From the NCBI RefSeq assembly GCF_009914755.1, contig NC_060927.1: a stretch of 64,000 nt of DNA. One strand, written 5' to 3'. Of the stretch, positions 13,546-28,544 are shown piece by piece. Both the position numbers and the translations under genes were made by a program. Numbering within the stretch: the first letter of the stretch is position 1; each line of letters starts with the position of its first letter. Below the pieces are notes generated by a model. It saw only the letters and a program-made list of their open reading frames with translations, was not told the DNA's origin and ran no database searches. This DNA is from the human T2T-CHM13v2.0 reference genome, Homo sapiens.

Positions 13546-15102
13546 TGGCATAGATCCAATTCCTTTTTCAGTTTCAGATTTTTCTCTGTTCTATTGTGCT
13601 GAAGTTTTCATTCTTTCAAGCATAAGGCAACAGATTTTGTGTCTTTCATGCTATACAGACAAGTGGGTCATTTTTGCAAAAAGCAACATTTTCCCCATAA
13701 TCTCTGTAACTAGGTGATCTCACATTCAGCAGGCAACGTAGAAAATCCTGTCACTCTAACTGGACTTTTTTAAAGCTTTATGGATAGTTTATTTTCTTGT
13801 TTTGGCTCTGCAAGAGCTTGCTTGCCACACAGCTGTGCTAAATCAAAGAGAACGTGCTTTATCAGCTCTGTAAACACAGACAAAACCAACACAGTTGATG
13901 TCCAAGTGTCACAGAGGGTGTTGTAAGCAAGAAATTTAAATCTAAAAATATAAAATGATAAAGTGGTGCTGTACATGAAATTCTTCCTGTGGCTAATTAA
14001 GGGCAACGAAGAAAATGGTGTTGTTTTCAAACTTTTAACTAAGGCCACACATATTTAGGCTAACATCTTGGATTCAGGTTGTGGTGGTGAGAAAGGAAAT
14101 GAGTTTTGAAGAGGCATTCTGGTCCTTTGCTGATTCTCAAATGCCCTCATTGCCTTTCCTCACCTGGTCTCCCAGAAGAAGTACTGTGGTCACATCCACC
14201 TCACTGCCTCCACGGTCTCAAGTCTCATCTCCCTTCTATTCAAGATGGAGAGCACTGAGAAGATACAGCAGATAAAGCAAGATCAATGTTTATAATTACA
14301 TAGGTAAATGCCTAAGGGCAGCAACTGAAATGCACCACTATTTGTGCTTTGGGGTTAACACGTATAATCATTTTAACTTTGTTTTTAAAGTTTAGCTATT
14401 TCATTTTGATGCTGCTATCATTTTCTTAGACCTATGTAATTGAAATTTTAATTACATATTAGACAAAATATTATTTATGAATATGCTGTTTAAATTCCAA
14501 CTGCTTAATCCTTTTACAATTATTTATAGAAAAAACATATTTAATCTTAGTACTTTGATATATTTTGCTACAGTTAGCATATGATTGTAAAGTCGCATTA
14601 TGGTATACCCATATAACTTCTGGATTTTGAAATTAATTGGGTTTTTTGTTCTTTAGTTCATAAACCATTTTTATGAATGTTCTATTAACGATTAGAAAAT
14701 TTGATCTTGTCAGTGGATAGCAGAATTTTGTGTTTGTATTATATGTGTGAATTTTTCTTTTTTAAAACATTAAATAAGCCTTATTGTCCTTTTTGACTTT
14801 CTATCATAGAGAATTGTGCTAGTGTCAATTATTGCAATGATGGTTTTGTTAATTTACCATTTTGATAGTAATAATTTTTGTTTTATAAGTTTATATATTA
14901 TAATTATACATAGAGGTCTTTAATATTATTGTATATTTGATTATTTGAGCTATATATGAAAGTGCAGGTTTGAAAATAAAATTCTAATTTGACTAAGGTT
15001 GAAAAGGCAAAATCTAATGATTAATGTATTTATATGGAAAATACCTAAAGAAAATCTTGCTTAATTTTTGTCTTCCAAACTTTCATATAGAAGTTTTAGA
15101 TA

Positions 15103-15104
15103 TT

Positions 15105-15143
<39 letters not shown>

Positions 15144-15146
15144 TTT
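15103..15146. repeat. (TTTA)n microsatellite, about 10 units
   Basis: Directly visible. Confidence 0.95.
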
Positions 15147-15885
15147 CGCTAGTCAAAAGTAAACTTTATCTAATGGCATAGGCTCAAAATATATATAGTG
15201 AAAATTAACAGCTCTACAGAAAAACCTAATAAATCTACCATCCAAATGGCAGATTTTAACATAAATTTCTCAATAAATAATAAATTAGGAAAATCAAATT
15301 TTAAAAACTTAAGTAGACAATTTGAATACCGATGTTAATAAGATGTTAATCAAGATTAACATTAACATGTTAATAAGATTGATCAAATACACATATATAA
15401 AACTGAATATTGCCCACTGTTTTCATGCACACATGAATCATTTACAGTAAGTGGCTATGCTTTATACCACAAATGAACATCAACAAAAATTGTATACCAT
15501 TGGAACTGGTGTGTTCTATGATCATGAAACAATTAGGCTAGAAAATAATTTTTGTAAAGAGGAAAAGTATACTTTTTAAAATTATAAAACATTTATAAAT
15601 AATCGTCTAAAGAAATCAATATAAGAATTAGAAAATGTTTAGTTGCAAAATATAGTTCAAATACTACTTATAAAAACATGTGGAATAGACATAAAGCTTA
15701 CATTAGAAAAAAAAACTGTACAAATTAGAAACTGGTATAGTTAGTGACCTAGTGAAGAAAAATATAGACCATTTCAATAAATAAAAGAAAATATAGACTA
15801 TTTCAATAGATGCAGAATAAGCATTTCTAAAATTTAACATGCATGCATAATTTTTTAAAAAATTAATCAGAATAAAATAAAACCA

Positions 15886-16726
15886 TGTTATGGAGCTGAA
15901 TTGTGTCCCTTCAAAATTCATCTTGAAGCCCTAAGCCCCAGTGTCTCACAATATGACTGATTTGCAGAGGAAGAGATAATTAAATTAAAATGAAGCTGTT
16001 AGGGTGGATCCTAATCCAAACTGACTGGTGTCCTTATAAGATGCTATGGTTTAGATGTCATTGTCCCCACCAAAACTCGTGTTGAAATTTGATTGCCAAT
16101 GTAACAGTGTTGGGAGGTGGAGCCTATTGGGAGGTACTTAAGTAATAGAGGTGGATCCCTCACAAATAGATTAATGCCCTCCTGTGAGACTAAGTGAGTT
16201 CTTGCTCTCAGGACATGATTAGTTACCAGACAGTGTTATAAAAGCAAGTTTGTTTGGCTTCCTAGATGCTCTGTTGCTTCATCTTATTCCATGTGATCTC
16301 TTTGCACACACACACCACCCCTTGCTTTTCCACCGTGAGTTGAAGCCACATGCACCCCCTCCCCAGATTGGCTGCTTGATCTTGGACTTTCCAGCCATGA
16401 GAATCATGAACCAAAATACCTCTTTTTACAAATTACCAAGTCTCATATAGCCTATTACAGCAACACTAAACAGAATAAGACATAAGAAGAAATTTGTACA
16501 CAAAAGGAAACACCAAGGCTGTATACACCCAGAGAAAGATCATGTGAGAGGACACAGCAAGAAGGCAGCTGTCTGCAAGCCAAAGAGAAAGACCTCCTTA
16601 GAAACAACCCTGCTAACACCTTGATCTCAGACTTCCAACCTCCAGATCTAAGAGAAAATAAATTTTTGTCATTCAAGCAACCTAGTCTGTGGTATTTTGT
16701 TACAGCAGTCCTATCAAACTAACACA
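15886..16726 (+). mobile_element. MLT1A/B MaLR solo LTR, split by an MST LTR
   Basis: TGTTATGGAGCTGAATTGTGTCCC...CCTAATCCAAACTGACTGGTGTCCTTATAAGA | AGAAATTTG...CTGTGGTATTTTGTTACAGCAG...CTAACACA. Confidence 0.88.
16042..16482 (+). mobile_element. MSTB-like MaLR solo LTR nested in MLT1A/B
   Basis: TGCTATGGTTTAGATG...TTGGGAGGTGGAGCC...CTTGGACTTTCCAGCC...ACAGAATAAGACA; perfect TSD TAAGA at 16037-16041 and 16483-16487. Confidence 0.9.
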
Positions 16727-17822
16727 TTGTCCATTAAAAACATAGAACAAATACTTATTTTATGTTGAAATGTCAAAACATTTTCAGTAGGATGAGAAAC
16801 AAAACAAAGATAGCTGCCATCATCTCTTTTACTCAATATTTTACTCAAAGTCTTAGTCAATGCCGTAAGAGGAAAAGGAACAGGTAATGATTGGAAGAAG
16901 AGACACAATGCTGACACTTGCAGATAATATGTGTTGTATATGTGAAAAATTCATATGTAAGATAAGTAGCTAGAATAAATAACAGATTTTGGCAAGATTG
17001 TTACCTATGAAAACAATATGCAAAATTTTTATCACATTTCATATGTCATTAACAATTAGAAAATGTAATTTTAAAATGTTTACAAATATATAAAAATACA
17101 ATGTACTTAGGGAAAATATCACTAAAGTTGTTTAAATAATTTTCAGAGAAGAGTATAAAATCTTAATGAAAGTAATTAAAGAAGACCTAAATAAACACTC
17201 TTTTTTCTAAATAAGAAAAATCAAATTCATAAAGGTGTCAATTCTCCAAACTGACTAATGGAGCTGTTATGACTCTTATCAAAATCTCAAAGCACCCCAA
17301 CCCCCACCATGGGTGCTCAATAAGCCATTGTAAAATTTATAAGGAAGAAAGAAGAGCAAGAACAACCAAGACATTCTGCAAAAGAACAAGATGGAAGACC
17401 TTTCCTATTCGACATCCAGATGAGTTTTAAAGCTATAATGATTAAAATAATGTGCTAAAAGTACAAGGATAGACAAATAAAATAGAATGACAGAAAACAA
17501 CAAAAGAGAATTGAGAGAACAGACACAGAATCTCATATATGTGGAAGTTTCACTTGTTGATATAGGCATTTCTGATCAGTGGAAAAAATGATCGATTACT
17601 TACTAATGGTCCTTTAATGATTACATATTTACATAAAAATTAGGAAATGAATTATAGTCTCATAACTTAAGAAACAAACACAAATGGGTTAAGTAGATTA
17701 ATATGAAAGGAAAATGTGTGAAATCTGTATAGGTCTCAGGGTAGAAATGGATTTAAAATATTAAAAGGAGCAAATGAAAATGGAAAATAATGATACAGTC
17801 AACTACATTAAAAATAAAAATT

Positions 17823-18260
17823 CTGGAGGACATTATGTTAAATGAAGTAAGCCAGGAATAGAATGTTAAACACCGCATGTTCTCATTCATATGTGGAAGC
17901 TAAAAAAAGTTGGTCTGGTAGAAGTAAAAAGTGTAACAGAGGACAATAGAGGCTGGGAAGGGTATAGAGAAGGGAGCAATAGGAAGAGGTTTGTTACAAG
18001 ATACAAAATTACAGCTAATGGGAAGAATAAGTTCCCGTGTTCTATAGCACTATCAGATGACTATAGTTAACAATAATACGGTTTCAAAAAGCTAGAAAGA
18101 GGACATTCAACATTCCCAGCACAAAGAAATGATAACTGTTTGAGATAATGGATATGCTAATTACCCTTATTTGATCGCTATACATTATATGTATCACAAC
18201 ATCACTATGTACTCCATGAACACGTAAAAGTATTATTTTTCAATTAAAAAATAAAATTGA
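17823..18260 (+). mobile_element. 5'-truncated L1MA-type 3' end
   Basis: CTGGAGGACATTATGTTAAATGAAGTAAGCCAGG...AGAGGCTGGGAAGGG...CACAAAGAAATGATAA...GGATATGCTAATTACCC followed by an A-rich end. Confidence 0.85.
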
Positions 18261-19902
18261 AAAGGAAAAATATGAATTCTATATAATTTAAAATGTCAAC
18301 TAAAACCTAAAAACTAAAACCTAAAAAATCATAATTCTAATCGTATTAGAAAAAATATTGTAAGAAGAAATCTAACAACTTAATAGGAAAACTGTGCAAA
18401 ACATGAAAACCGGTACTTCTCATATGAGTAAATCCAAGTGGCCAATAAATAGATGGTTAAACAAACAAAAAGGTTTAACCTCATTAGTTCTCCAGGAAAT
18501 GTAAATTAAAACCACAATGAGATACCATGTTACTCTATCTCACAGGAAAAATTCAAAGCAGCATGATAGTAAATGGTGAGAATACAGAGCAAAGGTAATG
18601 TTCATTTACTGCAGAAAAAGTGCAAATTGTACACCAGTTTCACAAAAACTATTGACATCACCCTACTTACATAAATATGTACTACAACACAATTACAGTA
18701 CTAGCTATACATATATATATATATATGCATGTATATATATGTCACTAAAATTATTTAAACCATGCATTGTGAGACACCTACAAGAATATTCAAAGAAGTA
18801 AAAAAGTGAGAAATCACCCAAATATCCATCAAGGGCAAAATAAGTTAGCAAATGTGGTATACATAAAAATGAATGAACTACAGCTGCACACATCAATACA
18901 GATGAAACTTATAGTAAATAACTTCATATCACAGAAGAATATATTCAGTGTCATTTCATGTATATAAAGTACAAAAACAGAAAAAACCTGGGCAATACTT
19001 AGCTTAAGGATACAAATATATATGATAAAAAACCTAAAGTAAACAAAAGAATGATTAAAACAAAATTTAACAAATTGTTAACCTGAAAGTGAGGGAGGAG
19101 GATAAAGTTCAGATGGGACATACATTAAGTTTCTAAAGCCTAATAATATTCTATTTTTTTTATTTGGGCAGTGAGTGCATAGATGTTTATCTTATTATTA
19201 TCAAGAAAATTTACCACAATAGGAATTTTGAAAAAAAATACAAGGCTACCTACATTTAGGAGGCACAGAGAATTTAATAATTTAAATACACTCAACCCTT
19301 AAAGGAAAAGACAAAGGAAACAATTAAAACTTTTCCAGAGTGTAAAGAAGGACAGAACATCTCCAAAATATTTCTACCAGCTTCATATAAATACTAACCT
19401 GTAAAAGATAACATAAAACATAATAATGTAGAAACACAACCAAACTTATAAATATTGGTACAGAAATATTCATTAAAATATTAGCAAACAGAATCCAATA
19501 ACATTTTACTCCAATAGCAATTTTTTCCCTATAATGAAAAGCTGGCTAAATATTAGGTACTCTATTAATCTGTGTCATCAGATTAGTAAGTCAAATGAGA
19601 AAAATATGATTATATTCAGAAGTGATGAAAAGTCATTCAATAAAAATTAATTAGAATAAAAATGAAAATTGACAAAAATTGTGAATAAGTATATATTTCC
19701 TTAATGAAAGAAGTGAAAAAATTAAAAGCCTAATGTTGAAATAGTTACATTATTCTCATAAGAAACAGGACTAGTTTGTCCAACCTCACGATACTTAACA
19801 TAATTCTAGATCAGTTTTTTCCAATTTTTTTTTATTATGGCATACCCTCTTGCAAGGATCCCTTATAGATGTTTGTTTTCCCTAATCGTCCCTCATTTAA
19901 TT

Positions 19903-21290
<1,388 letters not shown>

Positions 21291-21991
21291 CATTTAATTT
21301 TAATACCACAGATATACTGTATATGTGGTGCATTTATATCCATTCTGTATACATTAAAAAGTGTAAGATTTGTTTTGCACCCCTCCATCAAGAACCATTT
21401 TTCACCCCCTTGGGGTTGGTAGCCCACTACTGAGAATGCATGCCCTAGACATTTTAATCAATGCGATTAAGGAATATCAAATAAGATGTATAAATGTTGA
21501 GGGGAAAGACACAATTACAACCTGAAGATTATAATCATTATGCCTAGAAAAAACAAGGAGAATCAAATAAAAAGCTCTTAGACATGCATATGAAAAGTCT
21601 ATAAGTCATGAAACTCACATACAAAGTATATTTTTATAAGCAGATAAAACAACATGTTACACAATATAATAAAAGAAACTAAAGTTTCTATTTGCAATAA
21701 CAATTTTAAAAGATACATTGCTTAGAAATAATCATGACAAGCCATGAATATAACTTACTGTATGATTCAATTTAAGTAGAATATGCAAACTATTCTGCAG
21801 TGGCTGAAAGCATATCTTGAGAATATTTCTTGAGAATGGAGGAGGGACAGAAGGGAAGGGACTCAAGTGTAATTTTGGGGTGATAGATATATTCATTATC
21901 TTGATTGATGCTTTCACAGTTATATACATCTGCTAAACTTGCCAAATTGTACACTTTATTGTATGTCAATTATACCTTGATGATAAACTAC

Positions 21992-22315
21992 TGCTATGGT
22001 CACCTTTATGTGTCAACTTGGCTAGATTATTGCTTCTAGTTATTCAATCAAACACTAATCTAGGTTTTAGTTGGAAGACCATCCAATATAATATGAGGGG
22101 GCTTGATTCATTCAGTTGAAAAGCCCTACGAGCAAAACTGAGGCTTCCGTGATAGAAGAGGAAATTTCATCTGTGGCAGCGGCTTTCGCTCCTGCCCAGA
22201 AATTCCAGCCTGACAGCCAGCCCCCTCAATCATGTAAGCCAACCTCTTACAATAACTCTCTTAATAGGTACACATCTTATTGGGCTTTTTTCTCTCGTTG
22301 AACCCTAACTGATCT
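21992..22315 (+). mobile_element. MLT2D-like ERVL solo LTR, internally deleted
   Basis: TTTATGTGTCAACTTGGCTAG...TTATTCAATCAAACACTAATCTAGG...AGCAAAACTGAGGCTTCC...GAACCCTAACTGAT. Confidence 0.7.
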
Positions 22316-23494
22316 AAACTTGATTAAACATACACACACAAAACTAATGTTCAGCCAATAGACAGATATGCGACTCAGATTCAGAAACAGTTACCACTGA
22401 ACACCCATCCCACCCCTTTCTTCTGGGCCTTCCTGATGCTTCCTGATCCTCACAGGTGCACAGCCTGAAAGAACAGAATGGAGGGACAGCAAAAGTGCTG
22501 GCACAAGGCTGGGGTCAGCCTGGACTAGATTGATGTAATACTTTTAGGATAACTTTTATTAACTATATGATACTGGCACAAGTACAGAGAAGTGGGTAGG
22601 TGGAGCAGAGGAGTCTGAAATGACTATGGATTTATTATGCAAGAAAGTACATTTAAAATAAGTAGTGAAAAATAGTAGTAGAAACATAGGTATTGAAAGA
22701 TAGGCTGGTACAATGGGTTAACCATTTGCCCCTCCCCAAAATAAGAATAAAAAAAAATTAGACCCCTTTCTCATTTTTGCACCAAAATAAATTTCAGTTA
22801 AAACCACCATTCAAAGAAGGAAGAAAAGAACTATAGCAATACTAGAATTTTTAAATAAGCATTTTTTTCCAAAAAATAGGAATGGGAAAGCCCTATCAAA
22901 ACCTAACACAAAATCCAGAAGTCACATCTGAATGCCATTTTATTATGTAAAAGCAAAAATCTTTGCCAGGATAAGAAAAAATACTTAAAGTGAAAAGACA
23001 AACAACAAACAAAAGATATGCCACTTTTATAATAGACAAAGTTAACCTGCCTTAATTATTAGGAACTCTTATAAATCAACAAGAAAAGGAAAGCTATTCA
23101 TTAGAAACATGAACAGGTGGCCTAAACAGCAAATTTGCAACGAAAAAGAAATACAATGGCTTCTGAACATACTAAAAGATATTTAGCTTGTAATTGTAAA
23201 TGTTTATCTAGCATGGAGGAAGAGAAACGAAGTGGAATAGGGCAACTTTACTACCAGGCTGCAGTTGGACAGAGCTTGTGTTCTGATTATGGCCACAACT
23301 CCCATTGCAGGCCTATCCTCTATCTATAGTTCTTTCTAGGTTCCATAATTATTGCCTTTTCTTGCCCGCTTTGGGCTTCCCACTCTTAATAACCATCTAG
23401 TATTGTTTCCTCTTAACTCTAGGCTGCATATATTCTCTTCAGCCCCCTTTTTGAATAAGCGTGTTTCCTGCTAGATCACAAATGGATACTTCTC

Positions 23495-23810
23495 CAGCAC
23501 TACTCAACAGAAATATATTACGAGCAACAAAAACAAGTCATATATGTTATTTCAAATTTTCTATTACCCATCTTTAAAAAGTAAAACAGAAATAGGTGAA
23601 ATTAATTTTAATAGCATACTTTATTTAACCCAATATATCTAAAATATTGGATATATTCAGCATATAGTCAGTATTAACATTACTGAGATATTTTACTTTT
23701 TTTATTAAATCCGGTTTGTAACTTACATATAGCATTGCTCAATTCAGACTCACCATATTTCAAGTGTTCTATAGCTACGTGCTGCTAGTGGCTGCAATAT
23801 TGGATAGAAT
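23495..23810. mobile_element. MER33-like hAT-Charlie element
   Basis: CAACAGAAATATA...AGGTGAAATTAATTTTAATA...CATATTTCAAGTGTTCTATAGCTAC...GCTAGTGGCTGCAATATTGGA. Confidence 0.75.
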
Positions 23811-25456
23811 AGATCCAGATTTTCAAGTGTATTGGGATAAAGCTAAGCGTATGATTAACTATTTTTTAAAAAATATCCTCCATAACTATGGCTATGTCCC
23901 TTTTGCTTTTTTAACATTGGGCATATTATTCTTTTCTTGTTTTCAATTTAGTTCTGTCTATATTTAGTTTCAATTTTTGGTTGTTGTTTCTTGTATAATT
24001 GGTATCAATTTTTTAAAATTTCTTAATTAGACTACTGAAGTTTTAAGTCTTTCCAAAAGAATATATTTAGTCTCTATTGATCTATTCTGTGCGGTTTTTT
24101 CTGCGTGTGTGTGTTTCATTAATTTGGTGCCTGTATATTTGTTAACGTCTTCCTTGTGTTCTTTTTTGATTTGCTTTTTGTTCTTCATCAGGTTCTTGGG
24201 TAAGAACAAAAAAAAAGTTCCACTTTGGTAACTTTCTAAAGCATGCTTAGTATTCTGAACATGGCTTCTGCACATTCGCTATTGGGCCCTTGGTAGGCCC
24301 TTTTAATCTGAAAAACTGAGTCTTCCTTGAATTTAGCAATATCTTCTCCTCCTGTTGCTGCTCCTGTCTCTCCTCCTCTCCCTTTTTTGTCTTCCTTCTT
24401 TTCCTCTGTCTCTTCCCCTTTCGTCTTCATGCTTTTTATTTCCATCCCTCAGTTGCTGCTCTCTCCTCCCATATATCTTTTTTTCATGGACACTAGAGCT
24501 TCTGGATTTGTCTCCAAGTGTTTAATATTTATCTCTTATATTCTGTGCTTTTGTTGTCTTGCTCTATATTCTCAGATAGTATTTCTTAAACTTGAGTATT
24601 AAGTATTCGCCTTTTAAGGTTAAAAAGAAACTCGAGTATTAAGTATTCGCCCTTAAGATAATAATACTCATGGAACACCATAAGCATATCCCAACCCTGT
24701 TTAAAAGCAATCTGCTTTTAGGTCAATAAATCAGTTTTCCATCTTATCCATTTAGGCTTTTGAGTGAATTGGGTTTGTTTGTTTGACTTTAATGCCTGTG
24801 GTCATTAATCATTTTCATAGTAGCCTACTTTGACTTGACAGGTGGAGATTGTATCTTCTTAAGGTACTCTGAAGATTCCATTTGGAATGTTTTTTAGGTT
24901 TGTTAACGAGTGGCCTCACAAGTTTTTCATGTTGAGGAATTTTTTTAAAACTTTAAAAATAAAGGTTGAATATAAAACAAGGTGATACAGGAGGAGCTTT
25001 AAGAAAAATTGAAAAGAAAAATAGTCCCCAGTGCCCTCCAAGTGATTTTTGTCTTATTCTCTAGTACCTTATCTGAAGCCTTGTATTTTCTGCCACTCAG
25101 TATAAAAATGAGTCCTAAATAATATAAAATACAGGTAAAAATGAAAGAGAGAACAAATATCACAAAATAATAACAAGAAGATAGGAAATTAAGAAGAAAC
25201 AATACAATAAGCTTAAAATAAATAGAAATTAAAATAAATTAGAAGATAATTTAAAAACAAAAATGTGTAATCTTGATATTAAAAAAATAAACTTAGAAAA
25301 AGAGATTAAAAGTTAATCAAGTAAAAATATATAATATGAAAGTAAACTCAATAAGAGATCAAAAGTGGTACCAGAATATTAGTTAAGAAATATATAATTA
25401 AAAATTAAAATTTTTGAAATAAGGGGAAATCTTAAATTTTAAAAATTAACATTAAA

Positions 25457-26630
25457 ATGTAGGTATGTCAGGTATCCCCAAGACCACCCTCAGGCTAGAT
25501 AATTCACTACAAAGACTCATAGGACTCAAAGAAGCTATTGTACTCACAGTTGTGATTTTTTTAATATACTTTAAGTTCTGAGGTACATGTGCAGAACAGG
25601 CAGATTTGTTACATAAGTATACACGTGACATGGTGGTTTGCTGCACCTGTCAACCCATCATCTACATTAGGTATTTCTCCTAATGCTATCCCTCTCCTAC
25701 CCCCCCAACCCCCTGACAGGCCCTGGTGTGTGATGTTCCCCTCCCTGTGTCCATGTGTTCTCGTTGTTCAACTCCCACTTATGAGTGAGGTGGTGTTTGC
25801 TTTTCTTTTCTTTTCTTGTGTTAGTTTGCTGAGAATAATGGTTTCTAGCTTCATCCATGTCCCTGCAAAGAACATGAATTCATCCTTTTTTATGTCTGCA
25901 TAATATTCCACAGTGTATATGTGCCACATTTTCTTTATCCAGTCTATCATTGATGGGAATTTGGGTTGGTTCCAAGTTTTTGCTATTGTGAACAGTGCCG
26001 CAATAAACATACATGTGTATGTGTCTTTATACTAGAATGATTTATAATCCTTTGGGTATATACCCAGTAATGGGATTGATGGGTCAAATGGTATTTGGGG
26101 TTCTAGATCCCTGAGGAATCACCACATTGTGATTTTTTATAGTGAAAGGAAATGGATCAAAATCAGCAAAAGGAAAAAGTACATGAGGTGAAGTCCAGAA
26201 GAGACTAAGCAGCAGCTGTCAGTTGCCCTCTCCCAGTGGAGTCATATGAATGTGCTTAATTTTCCCAGAAAGGATGTATGACAATACATGCAAAGGTTTG
26301 CCAAGCAGGGAAACTCACCCAAGGCTTGAGTCTAGGGTTTTCACTGGAGCTCATCATGCAGCAGCTGCCTGACTAACTTCAGCTACTCAGTGATAGCAAG
26401 ACCTCAGGCATACAAAAACAGGCATTCACTATAAATCATATTGTTAACACTGGATCACATGGCACAAGGTCTCAGACATACAATACTATTTTCTTATCAA
26501 GTAGACTAATCCAAGGGCTCAGAATGCATTCCTTTAGTAACCAGCCAGGTGCTAATTCTGAAAACAGGCCTTCCTGGGGAATGTCCAGGGTTTGAGCAAC
26601 CCGGACCTGCTGAGTCAACTCTTTCTTTCT
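25457..26630 (-). mobile_element. MER21C-like LTR, split by an L1PA
   Basis: CCCCAAGACCACCCTCAGG...GGACTCA...TACTCACAGTT | ATAGTGAAAGG...AAAATCAGCAAAAGGAAAA...CCTCTCCCAGTGGAGTCA...GGGTTTGAGCAACCC. Confidence 0.75.
25562..26126 (-). mobile_element. 5'-truncated L1PA7/8-like 3' end
   Basis: ORF 25768-26010 is the ORF2 C-terminus ([17 protein letters not shown]...); 12-bp TSD TTGTGATTTTTT at 25550-25561 and 26127-26138. Confidence 0.92.
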
Positions 26631-27874
26631 TGGTAGAATAGAAGAGAAAAGAAAAAAAATACAAGAAAATGGAAATGAAGCAAAAAGACTAAAAATCTAA
26701 GAACAGAAAGAAGAATTAAATAATAAATCCAAAAAAATCAACAGATATTACTGTAATTGAAACTATTACATCAATGCCAATATTCTGAATTGGAGAAAAC
26801 AATACAAGGAAACAAAAGAAGAGAAAGAAATGAGAAATGTTAGCTGTAGGAAATAGAAACAGAAGGTTTGTGTTGGAGAAGAAGGACTCAGTGACACTCT
26901 GAATCCTTGTCTTTGCCTCTCTCCAGCTACACATGCCTAGCAATGCCCTTAGTCCTTCTAGAACCTATCAAGAAGGATCCTACCTGGTCCAAAAAACCAT
27001 CATCTTCCACAAGCTTCAGCCAGCAATCAGCCCTGTGCTTTTATATGCTCAGATGCCCATTTTCAACTAGGAAGGTGTTGGCTTCTGTCATGCTTGTAAA
27101 TTATGTAGCACATCCATTCAGGCATCTTGAATCAAAAGCATACAGTTTGCTGTTTCATTAATTACCTTGGTTGTCTTAGACATTTTCTTATTGTGTATCA
27201 CCTATTCTGTGAGTCCAGTCTCTTTCCAAGCCCATGTATCTACATATTGCAGGAACATAGAGACTGCCCACTCAGGGCAACAAAAGGCATAATGAACAAC
27301 TTGTCACTGCAGATAGGAAATTTCTAAAAGTTTCCACGCTAATCTTCAAGAACTGGGCAAATGAAAAAGAGACAAAGAGTGGCACAGGCTTTTGAGAGCA
27401 TGTTATGCTCCACTGCAAAGTGAAAAATACATTTGCTGAAAGCAAACTGCCACCACTTAGTTAAAGCTATCAAGCCTCTGAGCCTAATTAGAGGAAAAAA
27501 AATCAATAGTGATTCACTTTCTTGTTAGACAAATTGATTTTCCTGATAAAGTTCACAATATTCTTAGAGTTTGTCTTAATCATTTTCTTGCAAAATGGCA
27601 TAGTTCCAACACTCCCAAATCGCATAGTTAAATTGAGATGAGTGGTTTAGCAATGCAGGGACTTACAAATCAATCTCATCGAAGACAACAATGCATCCCT
27701 CAGACAGGTGAGCAAAAATACCAGCCATTAATCCAGCTATCGCCAAATAGTCAGATGTTTATTTTATCTCTTTGTAAGATCTGGGTAAGGATCAGGATCT
27801 TCCAGTTTTCATTCGGACCTTAATTTCAAAATGGATATTTGGTTTCATTTTTCTTGTTTCCATAAATAGAACTG

Positions 27875-28240
27875 TGCCCTTGGGTTTAGAAAACCTAAGT
27901 CTGCATTCCAGCTCTCTTTCCTGCTGACTGCATGACCTTGAGAAAATCCTTTCACTTCTCTGAATTGTTTCTTCATCGTTGAAAAGAGTTGGATTTTCCA
28001 GTGTGTGTGCTTGATAAATACACGGCTATAAAGCAATAATATGTAATTCAGCAATTTCGTATGGCAGACCTAGTCCAAGTGCATCAACTCATTTAACTCT
28101 CACATCCACCCAGTGAAAAAGATATCATTATTATTCTAGTTTATAGATGAGGACACAGGGGCTTAGAGAGTTTTGAGATCTTTGCCCAATCTTAAATCTT
28201 ATCCAGGGCTATGTGAAACACAAGCTCTCGATCACTGTAT
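27875..28240. mobile_element. Two MIR fragments in opposite orientation
   Basis: TGACCTTGAGAAAATCCTTTCACTTCTCTGAATTGTTTCTTCATC and CATTATTATTCTAGTTTATAGATGAGGACACAG MIR core motifs. Confidence 0.65.
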
Positions 28241-28544
28241 TCCTAGAATTGTCTCTTAAGCTGCCTTCTAGTTCTAAACAATAGCTTCGATGTTGATGTG
28301 ACTCATCCTTTGACTATAATTAGCTGTTATTTCCTTGAGGAACACCTCTAACATCCCCTGTCCTTCCTACCCAAATGTTTTATCTAGCTAGAAAATGAAG
28401 GCTATCAATATGTTAAGTCAATTACAAGGTTTTTAGAGTTTTCTTTTCCTGAGTAAAGAACTGGAAGGTCTTTCCTCGGTCAAACAATAGTAGTCGTAAT
28501 TAGTATTAACAGAAGGTGGATTAACATGATTAACAGAGGTTTCA

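Larger units (their letters stand above)
15150..19800 (+). mobile_element. Fragmented ancient L1M copies (ORF2/3'UTR) hosting younger insertions
   Basis: TCAATAGATGCAGAATAAGCATTT, TTGCAGATAATATG, AAAGAAGACCTAAATAAA, AAATTAAAACCACAATGAGATACCA, AAAATATTAGCAAACAGAATCCA. Confidence 0.65.

Noticed and set aside
18706-18742. Palindromic (TA)n tract
   Set aside because: An ordinary short TA microsatellite within L1. Its self-complementarity is trivial.
24236-24602. Charged or hydrophobic ORFs (EEKKEDKK; SSPPVAAPVSPP)
   Set aside because: These arise from a low-complexity CT-rich tract within decayed L1-like sequence.
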